A DNA stretch of 64,000 bases from Heterodontus francisci (GCF_036365525.1 NC_090404.1:7254001-7318000), one strand, 5' to 3'. Shown: positions 25,506 through 39,950, numbered from the stretch's first letter. Notes: generated by a model not told the origin, from the sequence alone. Translations and numbers: made by a program.

Positions 25506-27509
25506 TAATGAATTGAACCGTAAATATATTGGAGGACGGCGAGGAGTAGATAGTGAAGGTAACAGGCTAAAAGGGAAGTTTGTGGAAACAGAAATGGTGT
25601 TGAATTCACTGAAAAGCAGCAACCGTTTTATTCCTTTGCAAAAGAGGGAAATAATAAATCAGTCATTTACAGATTTTCACATCAGGTACAGGCAGTTTCA
25701 TTTTTACCATCACTTGCATAAATCATCACACACTCGAGGTATATACCAGCAGCTACTGTGTGATGGTGAGGTGATCACTTAACAGAGACAGGTGGGTCGC
25801 TGCTTATTTCCCTCGATCTGCAATTACATTTTGAATTTAATAAATGCAAAAAGAAAGATCAGTGAAGCTAATTATTTCTATTTGTGGAATTGAAAGCAAT
25901 ATGATGTGTTTTGTTCACATACACAAACACATAAATAAGTAAACACTTGCAGGTTATTTTGCTGGAAGTGTGAAGCCAGGGGCTCAATGGGCACTGTGCT
26001 AATGAAACACCCTGTTTGAATGTCTGCATTTAGCACACAATTTTGATCCTAATTGATAATTACCACAATTGTATTTGCCTGAAGGTGCTAAACCAGAGAC
26101 CTGCAGATTTAGCTCTCAAGTGCTGATTAACCACAATTTTCTTGAAACAGTCTATGTGGGTTCCATGAACCCACTTCTCGTACAAGTGTTGGGTGGCCTG
26201 GCTGACACACAGTGACATGTTTACGGATGGCTCAGGAGCCAACTGAGAGTGTGCACAGATTCTCAGATACAGCATTGTAGGTCCTGGTGAAGGAGATCCT
26301 GGGGAGGCAGGATATCCTGTACCGCAATGGGGCAGGACACCACCTCATTCAACTGTCTCACTATCCTGCAGCAACTGGGGCTGCTCTGCCTGGCCTCATG
26401 TCCTCCCCTCCATTCAGCCAACCAGCAAGGTGCCAATGATCAAGTACTTCTTTTCTCCCGTTGACTTCGATAAGGTTAAGTCGCACAGCTCTTACACTTC
26501 TTGAGTGAGGCCTTCAGAGAATTTCCAAGAATAAATTTTGATAGGGTGTTGGAAAAGTCGGAAAAGTGTCCCAGAATTTCTCCGGATGGGTTTCAAAAGT
26601 CCGCTTCAAACTTCCAGCAACCAATGGACAATAAAAGGTGATGTACCTTTAAGTAGCACAGAATACCTCTGCAGCAACGTTTTACTCCCAATCAGCTGGT
26701 TGTTGTTTAGAGAGAGGGTTGGCCAAGTGCTAGTTACCAAAATGGTGTGCAGCCGATTTAATAAGCGTTAACAGAAGATTTTCAGTAACAATCAGCTGCA
26801 GACTGATCCTCCGTATCCTAGTCCAAGTGTCAACTCTTTTACCAAGACATTATCTTCCATTAAACTCAGGCTAAATCAATGTTTCAGCTAGAGATCCCAC
26901 CTTGGCTCCATTGGAGCCTACATCGCACTTAAAGTATCAGGGACGTCCCCCCTCTACCATCCTCCCCCGACAATGTCTTTCAGGTGACATCATGAAACAA
27001 TAGTCTCGCCTCTCCCTCTTCTCTGTTGATGTGGCTATTAAAGTTCCCATAGTTCCCACACTGTGTCCTGATCAACATTCCTCCCTTCAACCATGGTTTG
27101 ACATCCTTCCATCTACATGCAGCAAACCATTTATTAAGGTGGTGTGTCTTCTCTTGGTGTGCCTTTGCTGAGGGCTGTGAAGGCCAATCATTGAGGGGCA
27201 GCTGCTGCCACAAGTGCCACAACTTAATCAACCAAAATCAATGAAAATACATTGACAGATGTTCAGTCACTTTGCTCTATTATTGATGTTTCTGGGCACA
27301 AATCGGCCACGTTCATCTGGAAATAGTTGCACCACACATTTTGGGACCTCTGAGAGAAGGTGATGATCTTGTACATCAATGCTAGTTGTTTCTTGGTGTA
27401 TTACGACCAGAAACAGTAACTGACATCGACATTTTCACAATAGGAGTAATGGCCAAATACAACCACCAGGTGTCAGTGAAAGCCCGATTGTTGACATTAC
27501 ATGAAACAG

Positions 27510-29735
27510 GTGCTGCCTCAGTTATTACTGCACTGAACCCTGTATCTGTTTCTATTAGACTAGACTCGGTCTCAGTTTATATGAAGCTAGAGCCGGCTTC
27601 AGTCAATATTACACTAGCTGTTGTCCCTGTTTATATTACACTAGGTCATTGTCCTATTTGTATGCCGACAAACGTTGTCTCTGATCAAATAAAAAACAGC
27701 CCATGCCTCAGTTATTTCTATATTGGCCCAAACTCAAGTGTTAATATACTGGACCATGTTTCTGCTTGTATCACACAATGCCCTGTCTAGGTTATTACTG
27801 CACTAGACCACGTTTCTGTTTATATCACACAATGCCCTGTCTCTGTACTGTAATTAACCATCTCTCTGTTACGACTACATGTTACCCTGTCGCACCTATT
27901 GCTGCACTGTCCATGTCTCAGCTCATAGAAATCGAGGTCTTGTATCAGTAATTACTGCACTAGGGTCTGTATCAGTTTATAATACACAATTATCTCCATC
28001 AGTTAAAACTGCACTGGACCTTGTCTCAGGTTTTCTTATACTAGATGCTGTTTCACTTTATATGACACTATACAATGTCCCTGTTCACATGACACAAGAC
28101 TCTGTCTGAATTTTTACTGCACTCGACTCATTTTTTCTTATGCTAGATCATGCATCTGTTTGAATTACACTAGACCATGTCTGTTAATACTACACGGGAC
28201 CCAATATTAGTTTTTACTGCTCTAGGCCCTGTCTCAGTAATTACTGAACCAGACCCAGTGTTGGTTTATATTACTATAGGTCCTGCATCAATAATTGGTG
28301 CACTAGGCCCTCTCTCAGTATTCCTGCACAAGACCCTGTCCCTGATCATATTGCATCAGTTATTAGTTATCAGTTATTAGTTATCAGTTATTAGTTATCA
28401 GTTATTCTCTCGGTTGCAACTGCCCTGCACCCTGTCTCAGCTGTTACTACAAAGGACCATGTCTCCGTTTATATTAAAGTCGGCAAAGTCTCTGTTATTA
28501 CTGCACCAAACCCTGTGTCTGTTTATACCACACTAAACCCAGTCTTAATTAACGATGGACTCGTCCATGTCTCCATCTATATTACACTGGACCATGCCCC
28601 TGTTATCACTCTACGGGAACATGTCTCTGTTCGCATTCAACTAAATCCTCTCATTTCGTTAATATTGTGGTTATTTTATGCTAGGATCTCTCTCTTTCTC
28701 GATCTCTCTCTCTGTTGATATTACACTAGATCCCCTCGCTGTTTATATTAATGTTGACCCTGTCTCTCTTCATATTACGCTGGGCCCCTTCTCTGTTTGA
28801 ATGACACTATATGTAGTTTGTGTTCATATCACACAAGGCCCAGTCTCTGTTTATATTACACCAGGCTCTTGCTCTGTTCATATGATATTAGGCTTCTCTG
28901 TTTATAGTCTATTAGACCATGTCCCTGTGATTACTCCACTGAAACATGTCCCTTTATATTAAACTAGGTCTCTCTCTTCATTAATATTCTGCTGGACCCT
29001 GTCTCTGTTAATATTGCACTGGACCCTCTCCGTTTATATTACATTAGATCCCGAAATCGTGCCTCAGTTTATATTACACTAGACCTGCGTCAGTTGTCAC
29101 TGGATTTCGTCATGTCTCTGTTTATATTACACTAGACCCGATCTCTGTTCTTACTGCAATAGGCCCTATCTCTGTTCTTTTACACTAGATCCTGTCTCTG
29201 TTTATATTGCACTATATCCTATTACAGTTCTGAATGCAGTGTGTCCTGTCTCAGTTTATATTACACTAAGCCCTGTCTCAGTTCATATTGCATTCGACCC
29301 TGTCTCAATTATCATTGGACTTCGCCTTATCTCTGTTCATATTGCTCTGGATCCTGTCTCTGTTTCTATTACACTAGGCACTGCCTCTATTCATATTTAA
29401 CAAGATCATGTCTCAATTTATATTACACTAGACTCTGCCTCTGTTTGTATTAAACTGCACCCAGTCTCTGTTTAAATAACACGACACACTGTCACATTTT
29501 ACGTTACACTCGACCATGTCTCAGTTATCAGTGTCACCATGTCTCTGTTTATATTACGCTAGACTCTGTCTCTGTACTTACTGCACTGGGCCCTGTCTCT
29601 GTTTATTTTGCACTCGACCCTGTCTCTGTTCATATTAAACTAGACCCTGTCTCTGTTTATATTACACTAGACCCTGTCTGTATTTATGTTACACTAGATC
29701 CTGTCCAGGTTATCACTTCACGAGGCCATGTCTCT
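27510..29735 (+). repeat. 27-bp satellite array
   Basis: Same consensus; most homogeneous at 29100-29700. Confidence 0.9.
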
Positions 29736-30589
29736 ATGAGATGAAAAAACATTATTATCAATAATGATGTTGGATTGGAAATTGGTCTCGGGTGACAGCC
29801 CAACACAGTCGTTATGGGTTTGGCCACCCGTTCCACGCAGCGCCTGATACTTAGTTTCACGACAGTCAACGGAATTAAATATCAGGTGCTGCCTCTCCCG
29901 GGCAGTCAATCCGATACTGTCCTTTCTGTGCCACTGACTGGGACCAATTCCTACCTCATATATTTGTCTGTGTGGGAGAGTGCAATCCTTTTCTGTCTGA
30001 ATGAATATGTTTATTCTTGTTAATAGGAATCAGCAGCTATGTGCAATTGCGAATTGCTCCAGTATTATGTGGGTAATATTTGTGTAAAAAGGATAGGATG
30101 AGTCTTGCACCGATTTCCCAGAAATGTACTGGCGTTGAAGGACAGGACTAAAGGTGAACATAGTGCACTGCACTTCACACGACACAGTGACAAACTCTGT
30201 TGTCTTGAAGTTTGCTAATTCACTCTTGTGTTGTACTGTGAAAATGCTCAGTTTTTAATGTTCAGGATTTTTTGGCCCTGCAGGATTTTCAATTTAGCTT
30301 TCACCTGACCGAGTGATTGTGTCAGAAACAGCTTGGAACAGTGATCTCGCAGTACCAGCTGATGGGCTGCCGCAGAGTCCTAATGCCCACAAGAAATTTC
30401 TCACCTGATCAATAGCAAAAGTGAAATGGGAATACACAATGTGTTATATACACGAGTGTGTGTGTGTGCAAAATAAATCATCCTTAATTACAAGACCGTT
30501 CCACAAAGACATGTGCGTATTTCACAGGACTTTTTCTGCATTTTATTTTCTTTTATTCAAACTGTAATTGCAGATTGCTTAATACCGTG

Positions 30590-31230
30590 GAATGTAAACA
30601 GAGATATGGGCTAGTGCAGTAATAACAGAGAGACAGGACCTAACGTGAAACGAGAAGAAACATGTCTTTCTGCAATAATAGTTGAAACAATACTTTGTAC
30701 AGTAATAACTGTAAGTGGTCATGGTGTAACATGAGCAGAAGCAGGGTCAACTTTAACAATAGCAGAAACAGGTTCCTATTGAAAACTGACAGGGACAAGG
30801 TTTACAGTAATAATAATGGAAGCGGGCACTAGAATTCGAATAACAGCAGTTTTTTTTTCAAATAATAACAGTGACAAAGTTATAAGTGTAACAATTACAG
30901 TGACAGTGACTAATGCAATAAGAGTGGAGACAGGGTCCAGAAGAAGACGTGGCTTAACTTGAGTATAACAAAGACAGTGTTTGATGCAATAATAACACAG
31001 GCAGGCTGCAGTGTATTACTGAGCACATCACGGGATCCAGTGTGATGATAACACAGTCGTTATCCAGTGCACCAAATCGAAAGTTCGGGTCTCATCTCAT
31101 AGTGCGCGTGAGTCAGAACCTATTGAAATAATCGTAAATGCTTTGCCTAATAACAGAGTCAAGGACCACTGGAGTATGAATGAGATAGGATTAGTGTCAT
31201 GACACAGGCACTGTTCTGTGTAATGGCAGC
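30590..31230 (-). repeat. Highly degenerate satellite-like array, inverted
   Basis: Recurring gcaataata..gagacagggtc. Confidence 0.55.
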
Positions 31231-31967
31231 TGGGAACAGATTATGTCATCATTGTCGAATTAGTCGCCCACTCACTCCTAAATCTGAAGCTTGTGTTTTC
31301 AAGCCCCACTCCAGAGACTCAACTATATAATCTAGGCCGATGCTCCCAGTGTTAGTATAAATGCAAGTCTTTCTGTTCTTTTGCCCACTATTTTCTTTGA
31401 CTCAGAAGGAGCGAGGGGAATGGCAGACAGAGCTATTCTGCACAGTTTCTCCACCCAGCGAAGCAGGGGTTCCCAAAACATCATTGCACGTTTGACGTGC
31501 TGCCCACTCCCCCCAAAAGATATCATCACCCTTGTTTTTGTGAAGGGACTTACGACTGCAGGCCCGGGACAGACTGGGACCTGGTATAATAATAATCACA
31601 GAGGCTGGCTCCAGGGTATCGATAACAGAGGTTGCTTTTACTGCAGGTGTTTTTACACTGAGGGAAGCATGTGCCGAATAGACACTCGACTGCAATAGGA
31701 AGAAAAGGTGCAGGGAAGCAATGATGTTTAGAGCCTAGTGCAGGCTTCTGTGTGATGGTGAGTGAAGCAGGGAGTTGTGTGATAAAATAGCAGTGGAAAT
31801 ATATTGACAGAGGCACTTGTGACCGACACCACCTGACTAAGAGCTGATACACAAAAGGCTTTGACCATGAGGACATGACGGACTGCAGAGATTTCAGATA
31901 TCTGAGGTGACAATTATGCCTCTCTCAGAGGAACCAAAAATAATCTGTTCCTTCTCATCCTTCTGCA

Positions 31968-32395
31968 CCTGTGAGCTGTGCCTCCGTTGGTAACCCTCTC
32001 ACCTCCAAGTCACAATTTTCCGGGTTCCAGACCCACTCCAGGGCTTAAGCAAAAAAATCACGACTGGCACTGTAGCACAGCAGTGAGGGGATGTTGCACT
32101 GCCAGAGGCCCCGTCTTTCAGATGGGATGTTAAACCAAGGCCCTGTCTGCTTGCTCGGGTGGATATACAAACTCCCAAGGAGCTATTTAGAAGAAGAACA
32201 AGGGAGTTATCCCTGGTGGCCTGGCCAATATTTATCCCTCAGTCAAGATCACAAAAACATATCACATTGCTGTTTGCAAATTGGCTGCTGAGTTTCCTCC
32301 ATTACAATAGTGACTACACTTCAAAAATACTTCATTGGCTGTAAAGCATTTTGAGACATCTGGTGAAAGACACTATATAAATGCAAGTCTTTCTC
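31968..32395 (+). mobile_element. DeuSINE (SacSINE1-like)
   Basis: Same core and ctatataaatgcaagtctttc tail. Confidence 0.72.
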
Positions 32396-33699
32396 TTTTT
32401 CTTTTTTGCAGTCCCCGGGTTACACAGGGGCTGGATCTGACAGTTCATAGAAACCAATGTTTAAATCTTCTTTTTCGGGAATTTTATGTCTGAAAAAATC
32501 AAACTTCAAACCTCGCCAGAGGAACATTCAGAGTGTCACAAAGTTAAGTGAGCTGTTCGATTAATCCTATTTCCCATAACACGGCCAATTTGTCCACCTT
32601 CATGTATTGAGACAATTCCCTTTGAAAGTTACTGTTCAATCTGCTTCCAGCGGCCTTTCAGGCTGTGCATTCCAGATCACAACAAATCGCTGTATTAAAA
32701 CAAAATTCTCCTCATCTCCCCCTCTGGTTGTGTTGCCAAATATCTCAAATCTTTGTGTCCTCTGGTTACAACCCCTCCTGCTATTGGAAACAGTTTCTCC
32801 CTATCTACTCCATCAAAAATCCTTCCGGATTTTGCACACTTCTATCAAATCTTGTCTGCTCGAAGAGGACAACCCATGTTTCCCTTTATAAAATCTATCA
32901 AAAACCCCTCATTTTTGAACAGATCGATTAAATAGGAAGACACACAGATGAAGAGGGAGACAAGAGAATGAGAGACAGAAAGACTCAAAGAAAATCTGAG
33001 AGACTTTAAAAAAGGCAGAAACACGAGGTGGTGAGAGATAAAAAGCTGAGTAATAGAGGGAACAAAGAACACACAGAGAGAATTATATAAAATGAAAGGG
33101 AGAAAACGACTAGCTCCCGGTTTCAGAGAGCAGAGAGAGCTCAGTGACTGATCCACAGATACTGCCAGTTATGTCCGGGAATGGAGAATCAAATCAGAAA
33201 CAACAGGTTACATTGTAAATGTCACCACAATGTGTTCTGTGTGACTTTGAACCGATTCTGTGGACAGATATAGGCCACCTTTGCAGATGTTTCCATCAGA
33301 TTGTGGCCCCTGGATTTATTTTCTGCTCAGAAGTGAGATGTGTGGTTTGGAACCGGCAGCAGTGAAACAGGAAGTTGTGTTGCCCGAGAATGAAACAGCA
33401 GCTGTCAGTTTCATGCTATCACCATGAACAATTTTCCTGCCTGTGAGGGTGGATTCACTCTGATAGCACCAAGAACCAGCACAAAGATTTCTTCTGGACT
33501 CAGCATTGCATTCACCTCTATTCACATTTTAAAAAATAATCATATGAGTTCATTTGGGTTTTTATGAAGGGGGAGATGGATTCAGGATGATCACTGGGAG
33601 AAATGAGGGGAGATTAATAAAATGCATTTTCCCCAAAGAGAATTATTCGAAATAGGAGATTTTAAGTGAGTCAACGTCTGTCTGTACAAGCGAGAGAGA

Positions 33700-34340
33700 G
33701 AGAGAGGAGACAGATCTAATGAGTGCAGTGCAGTCTGAGGGAGAGGAGAGAGGTTCACTGAGTACAGTCTGAGAGAGAGGAGAGAGATTCAGTGAGTTCA
33801 GTCTGAGAGAGAGGAGAGAGGATCAGTGATTTCAGTCTGAGAGAGAAGAGAGGTTCACCGAGTTCAGTCTGAGAGAGAGGGGATAGGTACAGTGAGTTCA
33901 GTCTGAGGGAGAGGAGAGAAATTCAGTGAGTTCAGTCGGAGAGAGGAGAGAGGTTCAGTGAGTTCAGTCTGAAAGAGAGGACAGAGGTTCAGTCTGAGAG
34001 AGAGGAGAGAGGTTCAGTGAGTTCAGACTGAGAGAGAGGAGAGAGGTGCATTGAGTTCAGTCTGAGAGAGAGGAAAGATGTTCACTGACTGAGTTCAGTC
34101 TGAGAGAGAGGAGAGAGGTTCAGTGAGTTCAGTCTGAAAGAGAGGACAGAGGTTCAGTGAGTTCAGTCTGAGAGAGAGAAGAGAGGTTCAGTGAGTTCAG
34201 TCTGAGAGAGAGGAGAGAGGTTCAGTGAGTTCAATCTGTGAGAGTGGAGAGAGGTTCAGTGAGTTCAGTCTGAGAGAGAGAAGAGAGGTTCATTGAGTTC
34301 GGTGCAGCTTGAGAATAGGACAGAGGTTCAGTGAGTTCGG
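33700..34340 (+). repeat. 34-bp minisatellite, about 18 copies
   Basis: AGTTCAGTCTGAGAGAGAGGAGAGAGGTTCAGTG. Confidence 0.92.
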
Positions 34341-34584
34341 TGACAGATGTTCTCGCCTGGGTAACGGAATGGTCTGTGTGAGTTGTCTTTCTCACACAAG
34401 AGCACGCAACAGAATGGGTTGTGAAAAATTGTTCTTGTTATCAGATGATTGGCAATGTTATTGCATTTTGAATAAAGCGAAATTGAATAAAATACTGAAA
34501 AACACTCGGTTGACATAATCACTTATGCCGGTGCAAATGCATTGGAAGAATTAAGAATTATGTGTTCGAGGCAAACTGACTATA

Positions 34585-34950
34585 CAACACCAACACCAGC
34601 CCCCACACCCCCGTCAACATCCACATATGCACACACCACACACACACATATACTCCACACACATTGCCACCCACACAGCACACACCCATACCCACACACA
34701 AACACACATCATTCTCCCCACACACACAGTCACTCACAACTCCACCCCACACATACAGCCACTCACCACCCCACCCCCCCCCCCACACACACACAAACAT
34801 ATACCTACCCACACACAAACACACATGATTCTCCCCACACACACAGTCACTCACAACTCCACCCCACACATACAGCCACTCACCACCCCACTCCCCCCAC
34901 ACACACAAACATATACCTCATCACACACACACGCACAGACACACACACAT
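34585..34950 (+). repeat. CA/C-rich low-complexity tract with an internal direct repeat of about 115 bp
   Basis: tacccacacacaaacacac..ttctccccacacacacagtcactcacaactccaccccac occurs twice. Confidence 0.85.
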
Positions 34951-35497
34951 AAAACATTTTGTGTGAGCTATTTTCAGTTGCAGCTCTGAACCAGATGAGA
35001 GAGATAATCGTCTGGGCATTAGGACCCTATGGCAGCTCATCTGGTGGTGCTGTGAGGTCACGGTTCCAGACTCTGTCCAGTCGAAGCAGTGGGTCAGGGG
35101 AAGGTTATATCGAAAATCCTGCAGGAAAAAAAAACTGGAACATTAAAAAACAGTCAGCAATGGTCACAGTACAACATAAGTATGAATTAGCAAACCTTAA
35201 CACAACAGAGTTTGTCAGTAAGTAGTGTAAAGTTCAGTGCACTATTACTCAACTTCAGTCCTGTCCCTCAACCCCAGTTCATCTCTGGGAGATTGTTACA
35301 AGATTCAGCCCATCCTTTCAACACAAATATTACCCATAAAATACCGGAGCAATTAGAAATTGCACACAACTGTCTTCCAACCAAAAATGATTAAATCATC
35401 ATACACAAATGTATGTCTTTATTTAATATTAATATATATGATTCTCACTGTCTACCTACCTATCTATCTAGCTATTTATCTAGCTGCCTATCTATCT

Positions 35498-38400
35498 ATA
35501 AGAACATAAGAAATAGGAGCAGGAGTAGGCCATTAGGCCCCACGAACCTGCTCCACTATTCAATAAGATCAGGGCTGATGTGATCATGGCCTTAACTCCA
35601 CTTTTCTGCCTGCCCCCTTAACCATTGACTTTCTTATAGCTAAAAATGTGTCTCAATCACCTTTGAGTGTATACAATGACCCAGTCTCCACTGCTTTCTG
35701 AGGAAGAGACATCAAACACTAACAACCCTCTGAGAGAAGAAATTCCACTTCACTCCGTCTTAAATGGAAGACCCCTTATTTTGAAACTGTGCCCCCTAGT
35801 TCCAGATTTCTCCATGAAGGGAAACGTTCTCTCTGCATCTACCCTTTCAAACCCCCTCAGAATCTTATATGCTTCAACAAGATCATCTCTTATACTTCTA
35901 AACTCCAATGAGTAAAGGCCCAACCTTCTCAACCTTTCCTCATAAGCCAACCCTTTCATCCCAGGAATCAGCCGCATGAAACTGCGCTGAACTACTTCCA
36001 ATGCAAGTACATCCCTCCTTAAGCAAGGAGACTAAAACTGTATGCAGTACTCTAGGTGCAGTCTCTCCATGCCCTGTAAAGTTGCAGCAATACTTCCCTA
36101 CTTTCATATGCCATCCTCCTTGCAATACGCACCAACATTCTATTTACCTTCCTTATTTCTTGCATGCTAACTTTTTGTGATTCATGTACGAAGATACTCA
36201 GATCTCTCTGTACCACAGCATTCTGCTGCATCTCTCCATGTAAACAATATTCTGCTTTTCTATTCTTCCTGCCAACGTGGACAACCACACATTTTTCCAC
36301 ATTATTCTCCATCTGCCAAATTTTTGTCCACTCTTTTAACCGACCTATATCTCTTTGCAGATAGATTGTGTCCTCCTTCCAACTTGCTTTTCTATGCATT
36401 TTCATATTGCCCACAAATTTAGCTACGATATACTCGGCCCCTTCATCCAAGTCATTGATATAGATTGTAAATAGTTGAGGCCCCAGCACTAATCCCTGTG
36501 ACACTCCGGTTTGCCAACCTGAGAATACTCCATTTATCACGACTCTCTGTTTCCTGTTAGTTAGCCAATCCTCTATGCATCGAAACAGAGAAAATAGGAG
36601 TAGGGGAAGGCAATTCGGCCCTTCGTGCCTGCGCCACCATTCATTATGATCATGGCTGAACATCCAACTCAGTAACCTGTTCCTACCTTCGCACCATATC
36701 CTTTGATCCTTTTAAACCGAAGAGCTATATCTTCTTGAAAACATCCAATGTTTTGGCCTCAACTGCTTTCTATGGTAGCGAATTCCACAGGTTCACCACT
36801 CTCTGGGTGAATAAATTTCTCCTCATCTCAGTCCTGAATGGTTTACCCCATATCCTTAGACTATGACTCCTGGTTCTGGACTCCCACACCATCGGGAACA
36901 TCCTGCCTGCAACTACTCTCTCGAGTCCTGTTAGAATTTTATAGGTTTCTATGAGATCCCCCTCACTCTTCTGTACTCCAGGGAATAAAATCATAACTGA
37001 CTCAATCTCTCCTCATACGTCAGTCCCGCCATCCCAGGAATCAGTCTGGTAAACCTTCGCTGCACTCGCTCTATAGCAAGAACATCCTTCCTCAGATAAG
37101 GAGACCAAAGATGCACACAATATTCCAGGTGTGGCCTCACCAAGGCCCAGTATAATTGCAGCAAGACATCCCTACTCCAGTTCTCGAATCCTCTCGCTGT
37201 GAAGGCGAAAGTGGGAACAGGTTACTGAGTTGGATGATCAGTCATGATAATAATTAATGGTGGAGCAGCCGCGAAGGGCCGAATGGCCTTCTCCTGCTCC
37301 GATTTTCTCTGTTTCTCTTTGCCTTTTTTACCGCCTGTTGGACCTCCATGCTTACATTCAGCGACTGGTGTACGAGAATACCCAGGTCTCGTTGTGTAAT
37401 CCCCTCTCTCAGTTTATCGCCATTCAGATAATATATTACCCCCAACACCAAGAGCTCTTATCTTGTCTAAAAAATTTTATGTGGCACCTCATCGAACGCC
37501 TTTTGGAAATCCAATGCGTGGTCTCTACTAGTTTCCTTTTATCCACCCTGCTTGTTACATCCTCAAAGAACTGTAAAACATTTGTCAAACACAATTTCCC
37601 TTTCATAAACCATGTTGACTCTGTCTGATTGAATTACAGAGTCACAGATTCATAACGGCGAAGAAGGAAGCCAATCAACCCACCGAATCCATTCTGGCTC
37701 TATTTAGAGCAATGCAATCAGTCCTGTCCATCAGCTCTATCCCTGTCGCCCTGAAAATTTACTTCCCTCAAGTGCCCATCCAATTTATCATTGAAATCAT
37801 TCATCATCTCTGCATCCAGCATTCTCTTAGGCAGTAACTTCCAGGGCATTACCGCGCAATGTGTAAAGCAGTTCTTCTTCACATCCCCCTGTATTTCTTG
37901 CTCAAAACCTGAAATCTGTGCCCACTAGTCCTTGTACCATCATGTAATGGGAACAGCTTTTCTTGTCTACTCCATTCATACCTGTCACACTCTTCCACAC
38001 TTCTGTCAAAATTACCCTCAATCTTTTTTGCTCCAATGAGAACAACCTCAGCTTCTCCAACCTAAACTTGGCGCTGAAATCCCTCATCTCTGGAATCATT
38101 CTCATAAATCTCCTCTGCATCCTTTCAAGGACCGTCACACCCTTCCTAAAATGTGGTGACCAGAACTGGAAGCAATACTTTAGTTGTAGCCGAACCAGAG
38201 CTTTATAGAGGATCAGCATAACTTCCCTGCTCTTGCACTCAATACTTCTATTTTGAAGCCCAAGATCCCAAGTGCTTTGTTAACTGCTCTTTCAATATAC
38301 TGCCACGTTTAAAGCTCTATGCACACGATCCTCCAAGTCCCTCTGCCCCTGTGCACTTTTTAGAACTGTACCAATTTAGTCTATATTGCCTCTCCTTACC

Positions 38401-38625
38401 CTTTTTGCCAAAAAGCATCACCTCACATTTCTCTGTACGAACTTCCATCAGCCACTTGTCTGCCCATTCTGCTAGTCTATCTATGTCCTGTTGCAATTAA
38501 TTGGCAACAACCTCACTATCTGCCAACTGATTTTCTAAATTTCCTGCTACTACTTCTTTCAGAATGGATTCCAGCATTTTCCCAATGACAAATGACAAGC
38601 TAACTGGCCTATAGTTTCCTACTTT
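35498..38625 (-). mobile_element. Cluster of CR1 LINE fragments (about 35498-36575, 36580-37430, 37640-38625)
   Basis: RT C-terminal peptides in ORFs 35750, 36052, 36770 and 37902; ataagaacataaga tail. Confidence 0.88.
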
Positions 38626-38694
38626 CCGTCAGTCTGTCTGTCTATCTATCTAGCTGGCTGTCTATCTATCTAAGAGATGTTTTACAGTGCAGCC

Positions 38695-39950
38695 ATGAAT
38701 ATGTAGGACCTAGTGTAATATAAGAAGAGATGGGATGGAGTCCACTCTTGACTGAGACAGGGATGTATGTAATATTACATGAGACTAGGCCTTGTGCAGT
38801 AATGACGTAGACAATGCCGAGTGTAAAATAAACAGAGATGTGGTCGAGTGCAGTAATAATATAAACATGTTCTCATGTGATATAAACTAGGACTGGGGAT
38901 GGCCTAGTGGAATATGAAAAGAAGCATGGCCATGTCAATCAGAAGTGAGCAAGGGCTGAATGTAATATAAGCAGAGACATGGTCTGGAGCAATATGAGCA
39001 GTAATGGTCGGTTTTATGGTAAACAGAAACACTGGGTACTGCAGCAATAACTGAGACAGGGCCAAGTGAAGCTAATAGAGCTACAGGACCTGGAATACGA
39101 TAAACTGAGACAGGGTCTAGTGAAGTTAATAGAGCTGCAGGACCTGGAAAACAATAAACTGAGAAAGGGTCTAGTGTACTCACTAATGATACTGGGTCCA
39201 GATTCATATAAACTGAGACAGGGCCTAGGATACAGGGCCTTGATTAATATAAACTGAGACAGGATCCAGCGCAGAAATTACTGATTCAGTCATTATATTA
39301 GTATGAAGTTTGACAGAGCCTAGTGCATTGATTACAGATACAGGGTCTAGATTAAAAGAAACTGATTCAGGTTCCATTGGGACATAAATAGAGATAGAGT
39401 ACAGTACAATATAAACAGAAACGGGGTCCAGTTAAATATAAATAGAGACGGGATCCAGTGTAATATCAACAGAAGACAGGCTCTAGTAAAATATATTAAC
39501 AGAGATGGAATCTATTTATATATATATATATCAACAGAGACAGGGTCAAGTTTGATAAAAACAGAGACGAGGCCAGTGTAATATAAACAGAGACGGGGTC
39601 TATTGTAGTATAAAGAGAGACAGGGTCTAGTTTAATAAAACAGAGATGGGTTCTATTTTAATATAAACAGAGACGGGGTCTAGTTCAATGTAAACAGAGA
39701 CAGGGTCTAGTATAATATAAACAGAGATGGGTTCTATTTTAATCTAAACAGAGACAGGGTCTATTGAAATATAAAGGGAGACAGGGTCTAGTTTAATTAA
39801 AAACAGAGACGGGGCCAGTGTGATATAAATGGAGACAGGGTCTACAGACATATAAACAGAGACAGGGTCTATTGTAATATAAAGAGAGACAGGGTCCAGT
39901 TTAATAAAACAGAGACGGGGCCAGTGTAATTTAAACAGAGACAGGGTCCA
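38695..39950 (-). repeat. 27-bp satellite array, inverted
   Basis: GGTCTAGTGTAATATAAACAGAGACAG units. Confidence 0.9.

Noticed and set aside
27510-29735. CRISPR-like regularly spaced 27-bp repeats
   Set aside because: Head-to-tail units with no unique spacers, no cas genes, vertebrate context
33700-34340. Switch-region-like repeat
   Set aside because: Lies upstream of both V genes rather than in a J-C intron, and lacks AGCT density
34542-34989. 120-136 aa His/Thr/Pro-rich ORFs
   Set aside because: Derived from the CA-rich repeat
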